DNA of 64,000 nucleotides from Yuukianura sp. NJ FZ-2021 (GCA_046563655.1 CM102286.1:14260001-14324000), one strand, 5' to 3'; counted from the stretch's first letter, positions 30,046 to 42,678 are shown. The notes: generated by a model from the letters alone, not told the origin. Made by a program: numbers and translations.

Positions 30046-30906
30046 TCACTAAAACTGTATTTATAGCTTTCCAAATTTTTTTTGTAATTAAGATTTCCAT
30101 GTCATTCACCTGAAATTCAGCAAAATTGGTTCGGAAGTTACGAAAATTAAACTTTCACGGAGATTTTGAAAGTCATGGGATGTACATTTACACGAACAAA
30201 GTTTCACAACTTTTCAAAAAACTCAGAATTTCAAAAAAGTTTTTCCATTTTCCGAAATCCGTGACCTACATTTTCAAAAACTTTACAAATTACTACATTT
30301 TAAGGTAGTTTTTTTTTGTCCATTTTGGCTACATTTGAAGCATAGCAGAGGTTTTTGGGTTCGTTTTTTATAGTGTTGAGGTGAATTTTTGTGTTAGTTT
30401 GAGGGTGAGCCACCCTCAACATTTTCGCAAATTGCAAATTCTTGAGCAAGCGCTTAGTAGTGCAAAAATTTTGCAAAAAACAATGTGTTGCTCTGACCGG
30501 CGAAAGTGGAAGGAAATAAGAAGGAGCTCCGCTGTTCCTCTGGCCATCAGTTTGCATCTTCCTCTCGATTCGCAAGCGTCATTCACTTTGCAAAAAAAGT
30601 TGCAAAAAAATTGCGTTCCGTCACTCGTCCAGATCAGACCAAACGCAAAACCATTAACTTCATCTCTTACTGAGGAGCACATAAACTCCTGTGTGCACTC
30701 ATCCAGGAATCAGTTCCACTCTGACTTCAGACCAGAACACATCGCTCAGTCTCTCATTGGCTGAAATCTTAGTCCAATCACAACACACGTCATTGTTCCA
30801 AAGTGACAAATCATAAATTTTATTGTTTTGAAAAAGTTGATTCAACTTTTTAACAACGGCTACTAAACTACTATCACCAATTCACAACAACCACGCAAAA
30901 TCAACA

Positions 30907-32170
30907 ATGGTTGTGCCAAATACTTGCAGCGACGACGCTGCTGACCTCAGAGCCAAAGCGCTTGGAGTTGATTCTCTTGGCCTTACAATCATCAGCGCCA
31001 ATTTCAATCCAAATTCAAAAGTTAGCAATTCCGATGTTGACGAAGTACCTCAATCCAAAAGTTCCTTCAAACAGTTCTTTCGAAGGTAAGCTTCAAAAGA
31101 AAAACTTGATTTTTGACGTAGACAAACTTTTTGACGTAGATAACCTGTTTGCCATTAGCAAATTTCTTGAAACCAAGCCATTTCTGCTAAGCTCCGCCCC
31201 TTTTTGACAAATTTTGAATTTAGCTTAGGAGTTGGAGCTACTGCAGCAGAAAATTTAACGACAGCGGAATGTTTTAAATTTCGAAAAGCTAGAAAAAATT
31301 TTTAAGGTTTTTCAAGTTTTGACGCCAAGGAAAAGCTAGTTGTGACTAAAATGACTGCAGGGAGCGATATTTTTTTTGAAAAAAATTAACAGATTTTCAA
31401 AAAACTTCTTTTTTTTACTTTCAGAGGAACCGATATGAAATTTCGTCTTGGATTTTTGAAACGAAGACACACGGAAGGAACGTTCGCACAAACCAATTCC
31501 TCCGTTCGGCCATCTCCAGAAGAAGCTCGGAAATGGGCCAACTCGTTTAATGACCTCATGGCCTCAAAATGTAAGTGTCAATGACCTTTCAACCAAAATT
31601 TTGCTTTAATTTAAAAAAAAATTTCAAAATTTTTAATTTTTGAATTTTATGAAATTCCAGATGGACAAACTCTGTTCCGGGCTTTTCTCCGCCGTGAATT
31701 TAGTCACGAAAATATTGAATTTTGGATTGCAATTGAAGAATATCGAAAGTTGAGACAAAGGAAACTGAATGCCAAGGCACAGAAGATTATTAGTGAATTC
31801 GTTTTGAGTCATTCGCCACGTGAGGTAAGCTAAAACTCAGATAAATCAGAAATCCGGAAATCGGAGAGTATTAGTCACGTGGTATCTCTTGTTTCAATTG
31901 CTAATTAGTTATTTTTTTCTTCAGGTGAACTTGGATTTGCCAACGAAAGACAACTTAATTGCAATTACAACTCTTTCACAACCTGATTACAACACATTTG
32001 ACCAGGCACAGAAACGAATTCAAGGAATCCTCGAGGCAGACGCCTACGTTCGATTTCTCCAATCAGATCTCTACTTAGAATTAGTCCACCCCCAAGAGTA
32101 CTCTGTGACCTCTGTGACCTCTTCAGAGTCTAAATCCACATCACTCTCACCAAGACATCACAAGTCATAA
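30907..32170 (+). CDS. Regulator of G-protein signalling (small RGS-domain protein)
   Basis: Exons 30907-31085, 31425-31570, 31661-31824 and 31925-32170 join in frame. Motifs SPEEARKWANSFNDLM, FRAFLRREFSHENIEFW, EVNLD, FDQAQKRI...DAYVRFLQSDLY. Further upstream first exons cannot be excluded. Confidence 0.95.
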
Positions 32171-33943
32171 ACTTGTTTCAGCCCTTGAGGAATTTTGAAA
32201 CAGTTTTCAAAATTTTGGATTTTGGAAAATTTTGAAACGGATCCTTAAATCGACTCGTCACTTCAAGTACCTCCGAAGAAGCCTCAAAAACAGTTTTTAC
32301 GAAACCAGTATTTGACTGTTCCTGCTTTCTAAACAAGAGCAAAGATTTTGGAATCGGTATGGACCAAAGGAATCATGCGCCTGCGTGGGCTAAGATTTTG
32401 AAAAATCAAGTTTTTATACTCTCAGTGTTAAAAGTTTAGAAAAAATGGACTTTGGTTTCCATTTAATTGAAAAGAACTAATAAGTTAGTAGTATAATGCA
32501 TATAATTATAAGAAATCGAGATTTGAAAAAGATAGATTTTTGGAAAGTAGGAGTTATAAACTTTACAAAAACCTGTTAGAACGTTTCCTACTTTTTTGAA
32601 TTTTGTTTCAACTAAAAACAGACGTTTGTAGTTTTTAGTATTTTTAATAATTTATTTATTTATTTGTCTAATACAAAAGGGCTTTGTTTATTTGTAATTT
32701 CAAAATTTGGAAAAATTCGTTTTTAGTTTTCTTACGTTTCATCTTTTTTGAAAAAATTGAAGAACGAATTGTACATAATAGATTTGAGATTTACGTCATT
32801 TCAAATTGCATTTAAGCTGACTAACCTTAAAAAAACAGATTAGTCAACGCCACTTGACAAAATGAGTCTGATCTCATTTTCTAACTCCATTCAAATGAAA
32901 ATAATAAACAAAAATTATAAAACTAATTCACTTTTTCAATTACTTTTAATTGCAATTAACTTTTTATAACTCTTGAAGCTAAGCTTTAGTTAGCTTAACT
33001 TCTTTCAAGGAAAATTGCAACCTAATGACACTCTAATTTCATCATCGGCCACTTACCTCTTCAACCTTGAACCAAATTGAACTTGTTCGTTTTCTTTGTT
33101 CTCGAGAATAATTTTTTTTTGTAGTTCGCGGTAAAATTTGATTTGAAATTGGCTTTATTTGAGCCCTAGATTGCCGCTCTATTACAAAAACCAGGAAAGA
33201 TGAAACCAATTCCAGCCAATATCAACAAAAAAAGGAAGCCGATTTGTCCAATTTTCATGTTACATCGTACAACTTTTTACAGAAAGTTGAAGGTTGACCT
33301 CTGCGAGAGGTCAACTTGCTCGAGGTCATCGCGTGTCACTTCTACCTTGATTATCTACCGAAAGTCTAACTAAAAAAGTCTGTCAACAACAAAATTAACA
33401 AAAGGGTGGAACACACGTTAGTACGGAAAAAGCTATTTTTTGTAATTCGCATTATGAAGAAAACACATTGACTTTGGCATTATATGGCCTCCACCCCTGT
33501 GTAGTATCTAATCAGCGAAATGTTTTTGCAAGGTTTCAGCAAAGCCGGTTCTATTTGCGAACTTTTCAACAAAAATAGGCTTTTTTGTGTTTTTAACATT
33601 TCAAAGTCTATTAATGAGAGTCACACTTGCTACACCCTGAAAAAAACTTATTTGTTCAAATAAAATAAATTTTGCGTTTTTTTTTTTACAAATGTACCGC
33701 GCAACATGTTTCTCCTTTTTAATTCCATTTGACAAAGTAAGGTGTGCTATACTATATAACAAGGTCAATTAGCTAAGGTGTGATCTTGAGGTCATCCGAG
33801 GTCAAATGCCCAATCGCAGGGTCTATTTGAACTGCCAAACAAAAGTTGAGTTACAAAAACTTAATGACAAAGGAGCGTTTCATGATATTTAAAAATGAGT
33901 TATAAACATGTTTTTGTTAGATTCTAAATTATACTGTTTAATC

Positions 33944-34328
33944 CGAAGCAGACCAATTCCTAAACACAGTCAATTCGTAAGCATGGACAATTTGTAAGCA
34001 GAAAATTCGTAAGCATGGCAAATTCGTAAGAAAGGTCAATTTGTAAGCATGCTCCATTCGTAAGCAAATCTTTCCGAATGGTTGTGTTTCCGTTCTGTAA
34101 GGTTAGGTTTTTAAGCTTTCAATTAAATTTAGATTATGCTGTTAGGTTAGGTTAGGCTATTTTTTCTTCAAAATTTTGAAATTGAAATAGGTTTAACAAG
34201 GCTTATGAAAGCACTGCTTACGAATTGGGCTGCTTACGAATTGACTGTGCTTACGAATTGTCGGCTTACGAAATTGAGCTTACGAATTGACTGTTTACGA
34301 ATTTGAGCTTACGAATTGACCTGGAACC
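33944..34328. mobile_element. Foldback MITE, family A
   Basis: Left arm of aattcgtaagca units, right arm of gcttacgaattg units, central (TTAGG)3, ends GGAACC. GTTTAATC flanks both sides (33936-33943, 34329-34336). Confidence 0.85.
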
Positions 34329-34374
34329 GTTTAATCGGACTGGATTTTTCGAGTAGTAATTTCTTTTACCTTTT

Positions 34375-34605
34375 CTACATTTCTAATATAATTTCTCTAA
34401 AATAGCATAAGTGCATTGCACAATCGGTTAACAATAGATGTGTCATTTTTAATTCGTATACAGGTTTGTCTGCTTCCTCAAATTCCCTAATTTGACGCTC
34501 AAAATCAAAGTGCGCATGGACCAATTTGTATGTAACATTTGTCAAATCCCTCAATTCAGGCGACAAACTCACTAGTGATACTTGTGAACCTCTGAAAAAC
34601 TTCAT
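34375..34605 (-). CDS. Small orphan protein, MKFFRGS family copy 1 (76 aa)
   Basis: Intact ATG-to-stop ORF sharing its start and helical pattern with the 34999 ORF. Confidence 0.5.
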   Translation of the reverse strand: MKFFRGSQVSLVSLSPELRDLTNVTYKLVHAHFDFERQIREFEEADKPVYELKMTHLLLTDCAMHLCYFREIILEM

Positions 34606-34998
34606 TTCACTAAGTTTTAGAACAAAGTTTAAAAAAATATTAGAGAGATACTTGTCTTATTGTTTTTAGTCGACGTGTTCAAAGATTCTAGAGAAAACAG
34701 AACTTTGGAAAAGCTACTTTGGGAATGAGAGGTGAAAAAGTTGAAGTCCAATTTTCAACAATAGAAAACCCCTTTCTTCGCTGTTCCGTTTTAGACAAGG
34801 CTTAAAAATTTTGAAAATTGGTTTAAACCAAGGATTTGTGAAAATAAAAATTCATGCTGCTTCAGTGTAAAAATGGCGTCAAATAATTTTTAGTACGATT
34901 CCGAGCTCAGTTTTTCTTTGTAGAGATTTTGAAAAAAACTTTAAATACGAGCTAAATAAGTGTTTATATAAAAATTTTAAACTTTGTGATTAAGTTTT

Positions 34999-35223
34999 CT
35001 ACATAATTTTTCTAAACCTACGTAGCAGATAGTGAAGGCGTATAAAAATCTGCCAAAGTTCTTCTTCCTTTTGATCCAATTCGGCAGTGTCTTCCTTCGT
35101 CTGCTTTTGAACTATAATTTGTCTATCCAGTTCTACATATGCTTTGAACAACACAATTTCAAAGTCTTCCAATTCGTAGAATTTCTTCAACAAATCGGTT
35201 GCTGAACCTCTGAAAAACTTCAT
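34999..35223 (-). CDS. Small orphan protein, MKFFRGS family copy 2 (74 aa from ATG)
   Basis: Intact ORF MKFFRGSATDLLKKF...KAYVELDRQI...ELWQIFIRLHY. Confidence 0.5.
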   Translation of the reverse strand: MKFFRGSATDLLKKFYELEDFEIVLFKAYVELDRQIIVQKQTKEDTAELDQKEEELWQIFIRLHYLLRRFRKIM

Positions 35224-36144
35224 TTCAACTTGTGGACGTTCTTCGAAACTAGTTTTCAAAAAAAAGTTAAAAAGCGGTGTGTTAAATAAGAAGAGGAAAT
35301 GGTTATGCTTCTGTTCTCTTGAAATGTCTAAGGAGCTGCAATGGATTTAAAATTTCAAACATTTAAAACAGAAACTAAAGTAAAAAAGGGACAATTTGAA
35401 GTACAGGAATGAAAATCCTTTCAAAAATTTTAAAAATAACATTACAAAAATACCAAACAATGTCGAATTGCTCGTTTCTCTGTTTTAGCCTTAGGAAACG
35501 GTTTAAAAATTGTTTAAGACCGAGGTTGACCTATTTTTGTCTAAAGTTTTGGAAACGTTCACATTTTTTTAAATTGTGGATACAAATAATTTTTTTTGGA
35601 ATTTAATAGCTGTATTTACTATAGTATTATTCTAACATAGTATTAATATAGTATTAATAGTATTTCTAAATATAAAGTATTAATAGTATTTCTAATCTAA
35701 CACAACTTAATTACATTTAATGGCCCCAAATTTGCTCAAAATCAGTTTTTTTTCAAAACATATCGAAAAGTTTGTTCAAAATTTACCCCAAGGAGTCGCT
35801 TGTTCTAAAAATTTATAAGAGGTATGAATTTCACATGATGCGTCTTAATATATAGTTGTTTCAGGAACCCTATTTGAAAGTGAATAGACCAAAAGCTATT
35901 TTAGGTGTTTATTAAACGAATAACTTGAAAGAAATTATATTTGCTAAGAGAAATGTCATATTTACAAATTGGCACGATTCCTTGCCAGGAATAAAATATG
36001 GTAGATAAAAATGACGTACCTTTCAGTTAGTGTGACTTTTAATTTATCCCGCTACTACGGGTAAAAAATTACACTATAAATTAAACAAATTTTTTCAGCC
36101 TTAGAAGAGGTTCAAATCGTGATTAATATTTTTGAAATTTCTTG

Positions 36145-36590
36145 TTACCAATCTTCTTCAATATGCCTCAGTCGAATGTATATTTTCCAGAGCTCATCAA
36201 AGTGGAGGATGAGGTCAGTTGTACCTCTGCCTGTATTACCGACATTCAAAATTTTGTTATGAAGTGCGGTGTATGCTTTACCCATATCCCTAACCAAATT
36301 GCACAGGTTGTTGAGTTCAGCTACTCGTATTTGCTTCTTCATTACTCGCTCAACAATATTCACCAGACCTCAATTCTAAAGCGTTCGTTCAAGTTTTTCT
36401 TACTATAAGCTACTCAAAATTGAGGCTCATTTCCCAAACAAGAACCCATTTCAAAAATAGTTTTCGAGGCAATTATTTATGGACCATGCTAAACTCCCTA
36501 AGTTTTGAAACTGTTTCAAAATGCTTAACCACCAAACCCAACAATTTCTTCAACAAGTCGGTAGGTTGTCAAACCTCTGAAAAACTTCAT
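36145..36590 (-). pseudogene. MKFFRG family copy 3, 5' part frameshifted
   Basis: ATGAAGTTTTTCAGAGGT start, then a 4-nt insertion relative to copy 2 and stops. The 3' module KAYTALHNKI...ELWKIYIRLRH is open. Confidence 0.5.
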
Positions 36591-37068
36591 TTCAGCCTGT
36601 GGATTTTCAAAACTAATTTTCAACATATGACAGGAGTCTTTTATTATTTTTAAAAATGAGTTTAAAAACGTTGTTAACTCTTAACTTTAGTGCAAAAATT
36701 TTTAAACCCGAAACTCGGTAAAAAGGCTTTTAATATGTTTTATTCATTCCTATGCAGTGTGATAGTTCCACGACCATCCTTCAATTGTTTTTGAGAAAGT
36801 TTTAATCGTTATTTGCGGCTGCTTGGACTTTATGGAAACAATATAAAAATACGTCATATTTTGAAATTGACACAATTTCTTGCCAGGAATAAAATTTGGT
36901 GGATAAAAATGACTTACCGTTCAGTTAGCGTGACTTTCAACTTTTTTCGCTAATACGGATTAAGAAATTCCCTACAAATTAAAAAGAATTTTTTAGTCTT
37001 GGAGGAGCTTCAACCTGTTTAATTAATATTAATATTTAATATTATTAAAATAATATTTTTGAAACTTG

Positions 37069-37456
37069 TTACCAGTCTAGTACCATATGCCACAGCCGAA
37101 AGTATATGTCCCAGACCTCATCCAATATTAATTTGAGGTCAGTTTTGCCTCTTCCTGTTTCACCGACATCCCGAAATTTGTTACGAAGTACAGTGTATAT
37201 TTTACCCACATCAGTACACAAATCGAACATGTTTTCTAGTTCAGCTACTGTTAGTTGGTTGTCCATTACTTCGTACAACAATAGTCACCAGACCTAAATT
37301 GAGTTCGAAGGCGTTCCTTAAAGTTTTTCTTACTGAGCTATTCAAAACAGGTTTAAGGACCCATTTCAAAAATAGCTTTGCAGCCAATGGTTTAGGGACC
37401 ACGTTAAGTCCACATGATACTTTTTCAAAATATGTAACCACCCAACCAAGACGCAT
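37069..37456 (-). pseudogene. Family copy 4, diverged tandem duplicate of copy 3
   Basis: DNA similarity between about 35950-36545 and 36850-37450 including flanks. Module VAELENM...GRGKTDL...EVWDIYFRLWH. Split reading frames. Confidence 0.5.
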
Positions 37457-38825
37457 TGCTTAAAAGTGTATATGGTTATCGAAAATTTAAGGTACGGCAT
37501 GGGAGTGTTTTATTATTTTCCTTTTGCTTCTGCGCACTTTGGAACTGATGCTAGAACTTCGAAATTAAAAATCAATCTGTTCAAGGTGGGTATAACAACA
37601 ATCAAATTGTTTATTCTACACAAGGTTGTCCAGTTTTAATAGGAATTGGAGGAAAAAATTGTTTTCTTCCAAAAATATGAAGTAGTGAGGTACTGGACAA
37701 ATACAATCAGTTGCTATAGCAACCTTGAATCTATTGGTACTGTTCATTTTTTTTACTGTGCAGTTGTTGATAGTAATTTTTCGGGTGTCGTTCTTAGAAA
37801 CTGCTTAGGTTGAAGTGATTCAACCAGATCCACATGTATCCAGAAATTCAACTATTACGCGTATATTTCTTTTTAGTATTTCAAGCAGAAATTGAGAAGG
37901 CAATGATTTTAGCCTGCAGCTGAATCTGAAGAGGTAGCGCTATCGCTATTCGACTCTGAACCGTCTTCCCCTAGGGGAATTATAATCGGATTGACAGGAT
38001 TGTGAACAAACGTTTCGGCTAATTTTTCGAGCTCAAAAATCTTTTCTTCAAGTTCTTGGACATGTCTGCAACACTGAATCCACAACTGATGAATGCGTTC
38101 GGTTTGCAGCATTTCTCGAACAAGAATTAGGACGTGTTTAATCTTGGATGTAGTATTACGTCGTCATACTTCTGCTGAAAATATCAGCTAATTTAATAAT
38201 TACCAACCTCTAAACAAAAATGTCTCGAGACGGATTCGTTTCGTTTTCTTGTCGCATCATTTTCTCAACTTGCATTTCCGGTACAACAGCATTCTTTTTT
38301 CCAAGGACTCTGAGTTCTGCGACAGTCATCTCCCAGAACGACTCTTCGTCGGCTGGTATCGGCACATTTTTCTCGCAGAAGCAGTTCATTCAGCCACATT
38401 ATCGTAATCCACAGGAACTGCAGATGGATCTAAATGCTCCGGGGCGACTTGTCGTTTAAACTGTCGCTCTTCATTTACATTTTCAAGGTTAACAATCATT
38501 TTCTTTTCATCTGAAATCTTAGGTTTCCCCATTTTGCCAATCAAATTACTCCGAAAATAAAATCGCATTTTAAGAAAGAAGAATTTTCTAAAGTTTAAAA
38601 ATATTTTGATGATAACTTTTCCTTAACTCAACCTAATACGTTTCTATGAGTGACGCTTGAAAAATTACAATCAACAACTGCACAGTAAAAAAAAAATGAA
38701 CAGTAGTCGATCATTTTCACCATCTGTGTACCAACAAGTTTAAATAACAAGTGTAAATCTGGATGTAAAAAAACTAATACAACAACATGTTTAAAAAACA
38801 AGTTAAACCAAAAAAAAAAAAGGTT

Positions 38826-38895
38826 AACGCCTTTCCGACCCTGTAGCAATTTGTACTCAGGGTAGACTTCATGCTTAACCAACAGTCGGAAAGAA
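38826..38895 (+). pseudogene. Isolated decayed copy of oxidoreductase exon 4
   Basis: aacgcctttccgaccctgtagcaatttgtactca...catgcttaaccaacagtcgg matches about 41800-41865. Confidence 0.8.
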
Positions 38896-39769
38896 GATGC
38901 CAACGTATTACTTCATTTTTAGGTTTTTTAGGAATTAAAAAAAATTATTTATTTTTAAACTTTTTCGTTGTATTTTTAGCCTACAGCGTTCCCACGGAGC
39001 AACCGTTGTTTATGTTTGACCTGGCGTTTGTGACGTCACACGTCGAAAAAAAATTCAAAATCGACAAAATCTGAATTCATATTTGTGAACCCAAGTCCTC
39101 ATAATTCATTATCAATCAATTAACTTGATGATAGTGAGGTTATTATTGAGTCCCGCGTGACACGTACGTTTTCGTATTGTAATGAAGTTCGTCCGTTTCT
39201 CAACTTCCAAGTATCGTCACAATTTACATTTTCCTTTTGTGCTAATTCGCACATCAACTCATATTGATTGTCCTTTTTACATTATGTAAGTTTGGGCCGC
39301 TTATGGACCCAAACCAGGCAAAACTGGTTTATTCTCCTTTTTGTTACCAAATAGATTATGAGGAGTAACTTATTACTCCTGACTTCCGGTTTAGCGTTTG
39401 TCCCTGACCGTATAAATACGGCCAGAAGCCAGCCCAGTACAATCATTCAACTTCTTGCCTCTGCTCCGCTTGGAACAGAGTGACCTTTACTACTCGACAG
39501 TTTGACCTCTGCGAGGTCAAACTGCCTTTTCATTTTCTTTGAACTTTTAATAAAAAGTTATAGTTTTACCTTCCAACAAGGAAGGAAACAAAACTTGTAG
39601 TGTTGACCTTTGACCTTTATTTTATTTTAAGGCCATTTTCACTACAGTATTATTGGATTGCATTTGACAGTGTGTTTGTATGAGCTATGGGTTCACTCTT
39701 TTACATTAACGTACCTACATGAGAGTATGAAGTCATTCTGAGACAGAGGGCCCTTCAAATCAAAGGCAA

Positions 39770-40688
39770 ACCGTTGCGCAAGTTGTACAATCAGTTCAAG
39801 CCAATGCAATAATCACTTTTGACTAAATTTTGCTCCTGTGTATCGCCGGAACCATGCAGCTCTTGGTCTACTGGAGAACAGTTCAGTCAACATAGTCGCA
39901 AGCATTTTAATCTGACTTCTCACGGGACAAATCATGGCTGGTTGTTTCGGAGCAGTCGTTCGGGTCAACAAGTTAGTGAAAACTGGAGTCGTGAGTAAGC
40001 TGATTGGGCTGACAATTTGCTTGTTAATTGGCTTCATATTTGGAGTCTGCGTTACTTCTGCGCTGTTTGCTGGTCCATGGGCTTCTCTGAAACATTGGCC
40101 AACTGATAAAATGCTGGGACGAGGAGGATCAGAAGTAATGCTGTTGGTGCTTTTGTGGCAATTTCTTCGGGTACTGGGGTCACTCTGTCTATTTTGGCTG
40201 GAAATGCTGCATCGGTTGTGGGAGTGGCCATTTCAGCGTCTCTTCTTCCTCCTGCAGTCAACTGTGATATGTTCCTGGGAATGAGTGCCCAGATTACCGT
40301 AAAATTCCAATTGGCTGGCTACAACCCTTATGCGACTCCTTGTGACAGTTACGTTGGAGACGGGAACCAATCAGATCATCTCTTCCGACGCGCACGCGTG
40401 AAGGCTACGACGTTCTGGATTTTTACTGCAAAAATGTCGTCATGGAGTACGGCCTTCTCGGAATCGTCAGTTTAGGTCATCATCGTCAAAATTATACTCA
40501 TTCTCATCAGTGTATTTCTCATTTTGAAACTCAAGGAAGTTGCGCCTCACACAACACGACAGAACGTAAATCGATTTTGGAAGGAAGATCTCAAGGTCAT
40601 GCGAGAGTACAACAAGACTCACGGCAGTTTCAATAAGCAAGCAATTCTTGCTGAATTGGCGGTACACATAATGCTGCTGAAATTTTAG
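39770..40688 (+). pseudogene. DUF389-family membrane protein pseudogene
   Basis: Across frames: TVAQVVQSV...TFD*, ALGLLENSSVNIVASILI*, GLTICLLIGFIFG, WPTDKMLGRG, GNAASVVGVAISASLLPPAVN, LKLKEVAP...FWKEDLK. Stops at 39824 and 39913 plus several frameshifts. Confidence 0.85.
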
Positions 40689-41351
40689 ACTCTCCTCTAT
40701 TAAACTTATTGTATACTCATTAATTAAGAAATTCGTTTTTTTTTCGATTTGTGACGTCATTTCCACAAAGTTAATGGCTTAGCAACCAAGCAACCGCGGA
40801 AAGCGTCACCTCTAATATTCCAAGGTAACTAAACAAAATGACACACCGCATTACTGAGGTACCGCTCGGTATAATTCCATTTTCCAGTTCTAAAACCGAT
40901 ATAAACTACAGGATGGATGACTGCGTACAATGGGTGGTTGAATGAATTTACTTTGTACTCCAACCGAACGAAAACGTTTGCACAGAAAAGTTAAAAACAA
41001 ACAATCCACCCCACTATATACTTACGCAAAAAAAAACTATGATTTATGATTTTAATTAAAATTAAAATCATTAAAATCATTAAAAATTATGATTTCTTAC
41101 ATAATTAACTAACGTAGTTAAGTTTTTTAGCCTTACGAAAACTAAGGATAAAGAGTAGGTGTCGAAGTTGACCTCAAGTAAAAACTGAAGTTACTTGTTA
41201 CCACGGTCACACTCTTCTAAATAACAAAGGTCACGGAAGGTCACGAGATTGCGACCAGTGTCAAGTGTTTTGTGTATTTGTTTAATGATATTCACACAGT
41301 AGTTAACTTGTTCTTTTCAGGATTGGTCGAAAAGTTTACTAAACGTTGAAA

Positions 41352-42506
41352 ATGTTGGACAAACCGCCTGAACCGAAGAAACCCATAACAATTTCAATTG
41401 TTGGAGCAGGAGAGCGGTAAAGTTCAAACTCTTTGGTGTGACCTTTGATTTATAATTCCAATCTAAACTGAATAATTGTACTTGTCAGAGGCCAGATTTA
41501 TGCTAGCTATGCCACTTTCTTTCCAAAATGGCTCAAGGTCGTTGCAGTCGCTGAAATCCATGAGGGCAAGAGACAGAAAATGGCACAAGTAAATCTTGAA
41601 AAACAAAATTCAAAAATAGTGGGCAAGTTTTAGAATTTAAACTTGTGGATTCTTTGTCAGGCATACAACATTCCTCCAGAGAATGTCTTCGGAGATTGGA
41701 AAGAGGTGACTTTACAGATAGTATTTGAATTTGTATCACAATTTGGATACACTTTTTGATGACCTTTGACCTTTTAAATTTTTCAGCTGGCTGCGCGAGA
41801 ACGCCTTTCCGACGCTGTAGCAATTTGCACTCATGATAAGCTTCATGCTGAGCCAACAGTCGGTTAGAACATGGCGGCTTTTACTTGATTCAATTTTTTG
41901 AAAAAGTTTCGAAAAACTTTTTTTTTGAATTGGCAGCATTTGCAAACCTAAAGTACAACATTTTGTTGGAGAAGCCAATGGCTGTGAGCTTAGAAGACTG
42001 TAGAAGAATAGTAGAAGCGATTGAATCCAACGGAGTGTTGTTTACCGTTGGTCATGTGCTGCGATACACCAAGTACATGAGCGTGGTCATGGACATTATT
42101 CAGTCCAAGGTCATTGGTGACATTGTCAACATCCAGCAACTGGAACCAATTGGATTCAAACACTTTGCTCATTCCGTACTGTCTTTTTTCTCAAAATTTT
42201 GAAATTCTAACATTTTCAGTGATTTTTGTTTCAAAAGTTTGTTCGAGGAAACTGGAACAACGAAGCAAAGTCGACGTTTGCTCTCATGTCAAAAACTTGT
42301 CACGATTTGGACTTGATTCGGTACATGATGGGGTCAAAGTGCATGGTCAGTCTGGAATTGACAAATTTTGAAAATTTCGAACAAAATTTGAACAATTTCG
42401 AAGAAAAACTTGTGTAATTTCAACTTCCATTTTAGAAAGTGTCGTCGTTCGGGACTTTGAAACACTTTCGGAAAGAAAACAAGCCGAGTGCAGCCGAAAG
42501 TGCTGT
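41352..42506 (+). pseudogene. 3'-truncated inverted duplicate of the Gfo/Idh/MocA oxidoreductase (first 7 coding exons)
   Basis: 41080-42559 is the near-identical reverse complement of about 51687-53154, including the upstream region. Frame and splice sites look intact but the last four exons are absent. Confidence 0.9.
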
Positions 42507-42601
42507 GTAAATTCAAAAAAATGCTAAATTTTCCAAAAATCCACAAGTTTTACAGAAATAATAATAATTTCATTTTCATAATTTCATACATAAAATAAAA
42601 T

Positions 42602-42678
42602 AATTTCATTTTCAGTAGAATAATAATAATAATAATAATAATTATTATTATTATTATTATTCTACTGAAAATGAAATT
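42602..42678. repeat. Near-perfect 77-bp palindrome with (TAA)7/(TTA)6 core
   Basis: aatttcattttcagtagaa(taa)7(tta)6ttctactgaaaatgaaatt. Confidence 0.95.

Noticed and set aside
30300..30764. Overlapping 88-127 aa ORFs upstream of RGS
   Set aside because: Non-ATG starts, no motif; probably promoter or 5' sequence.
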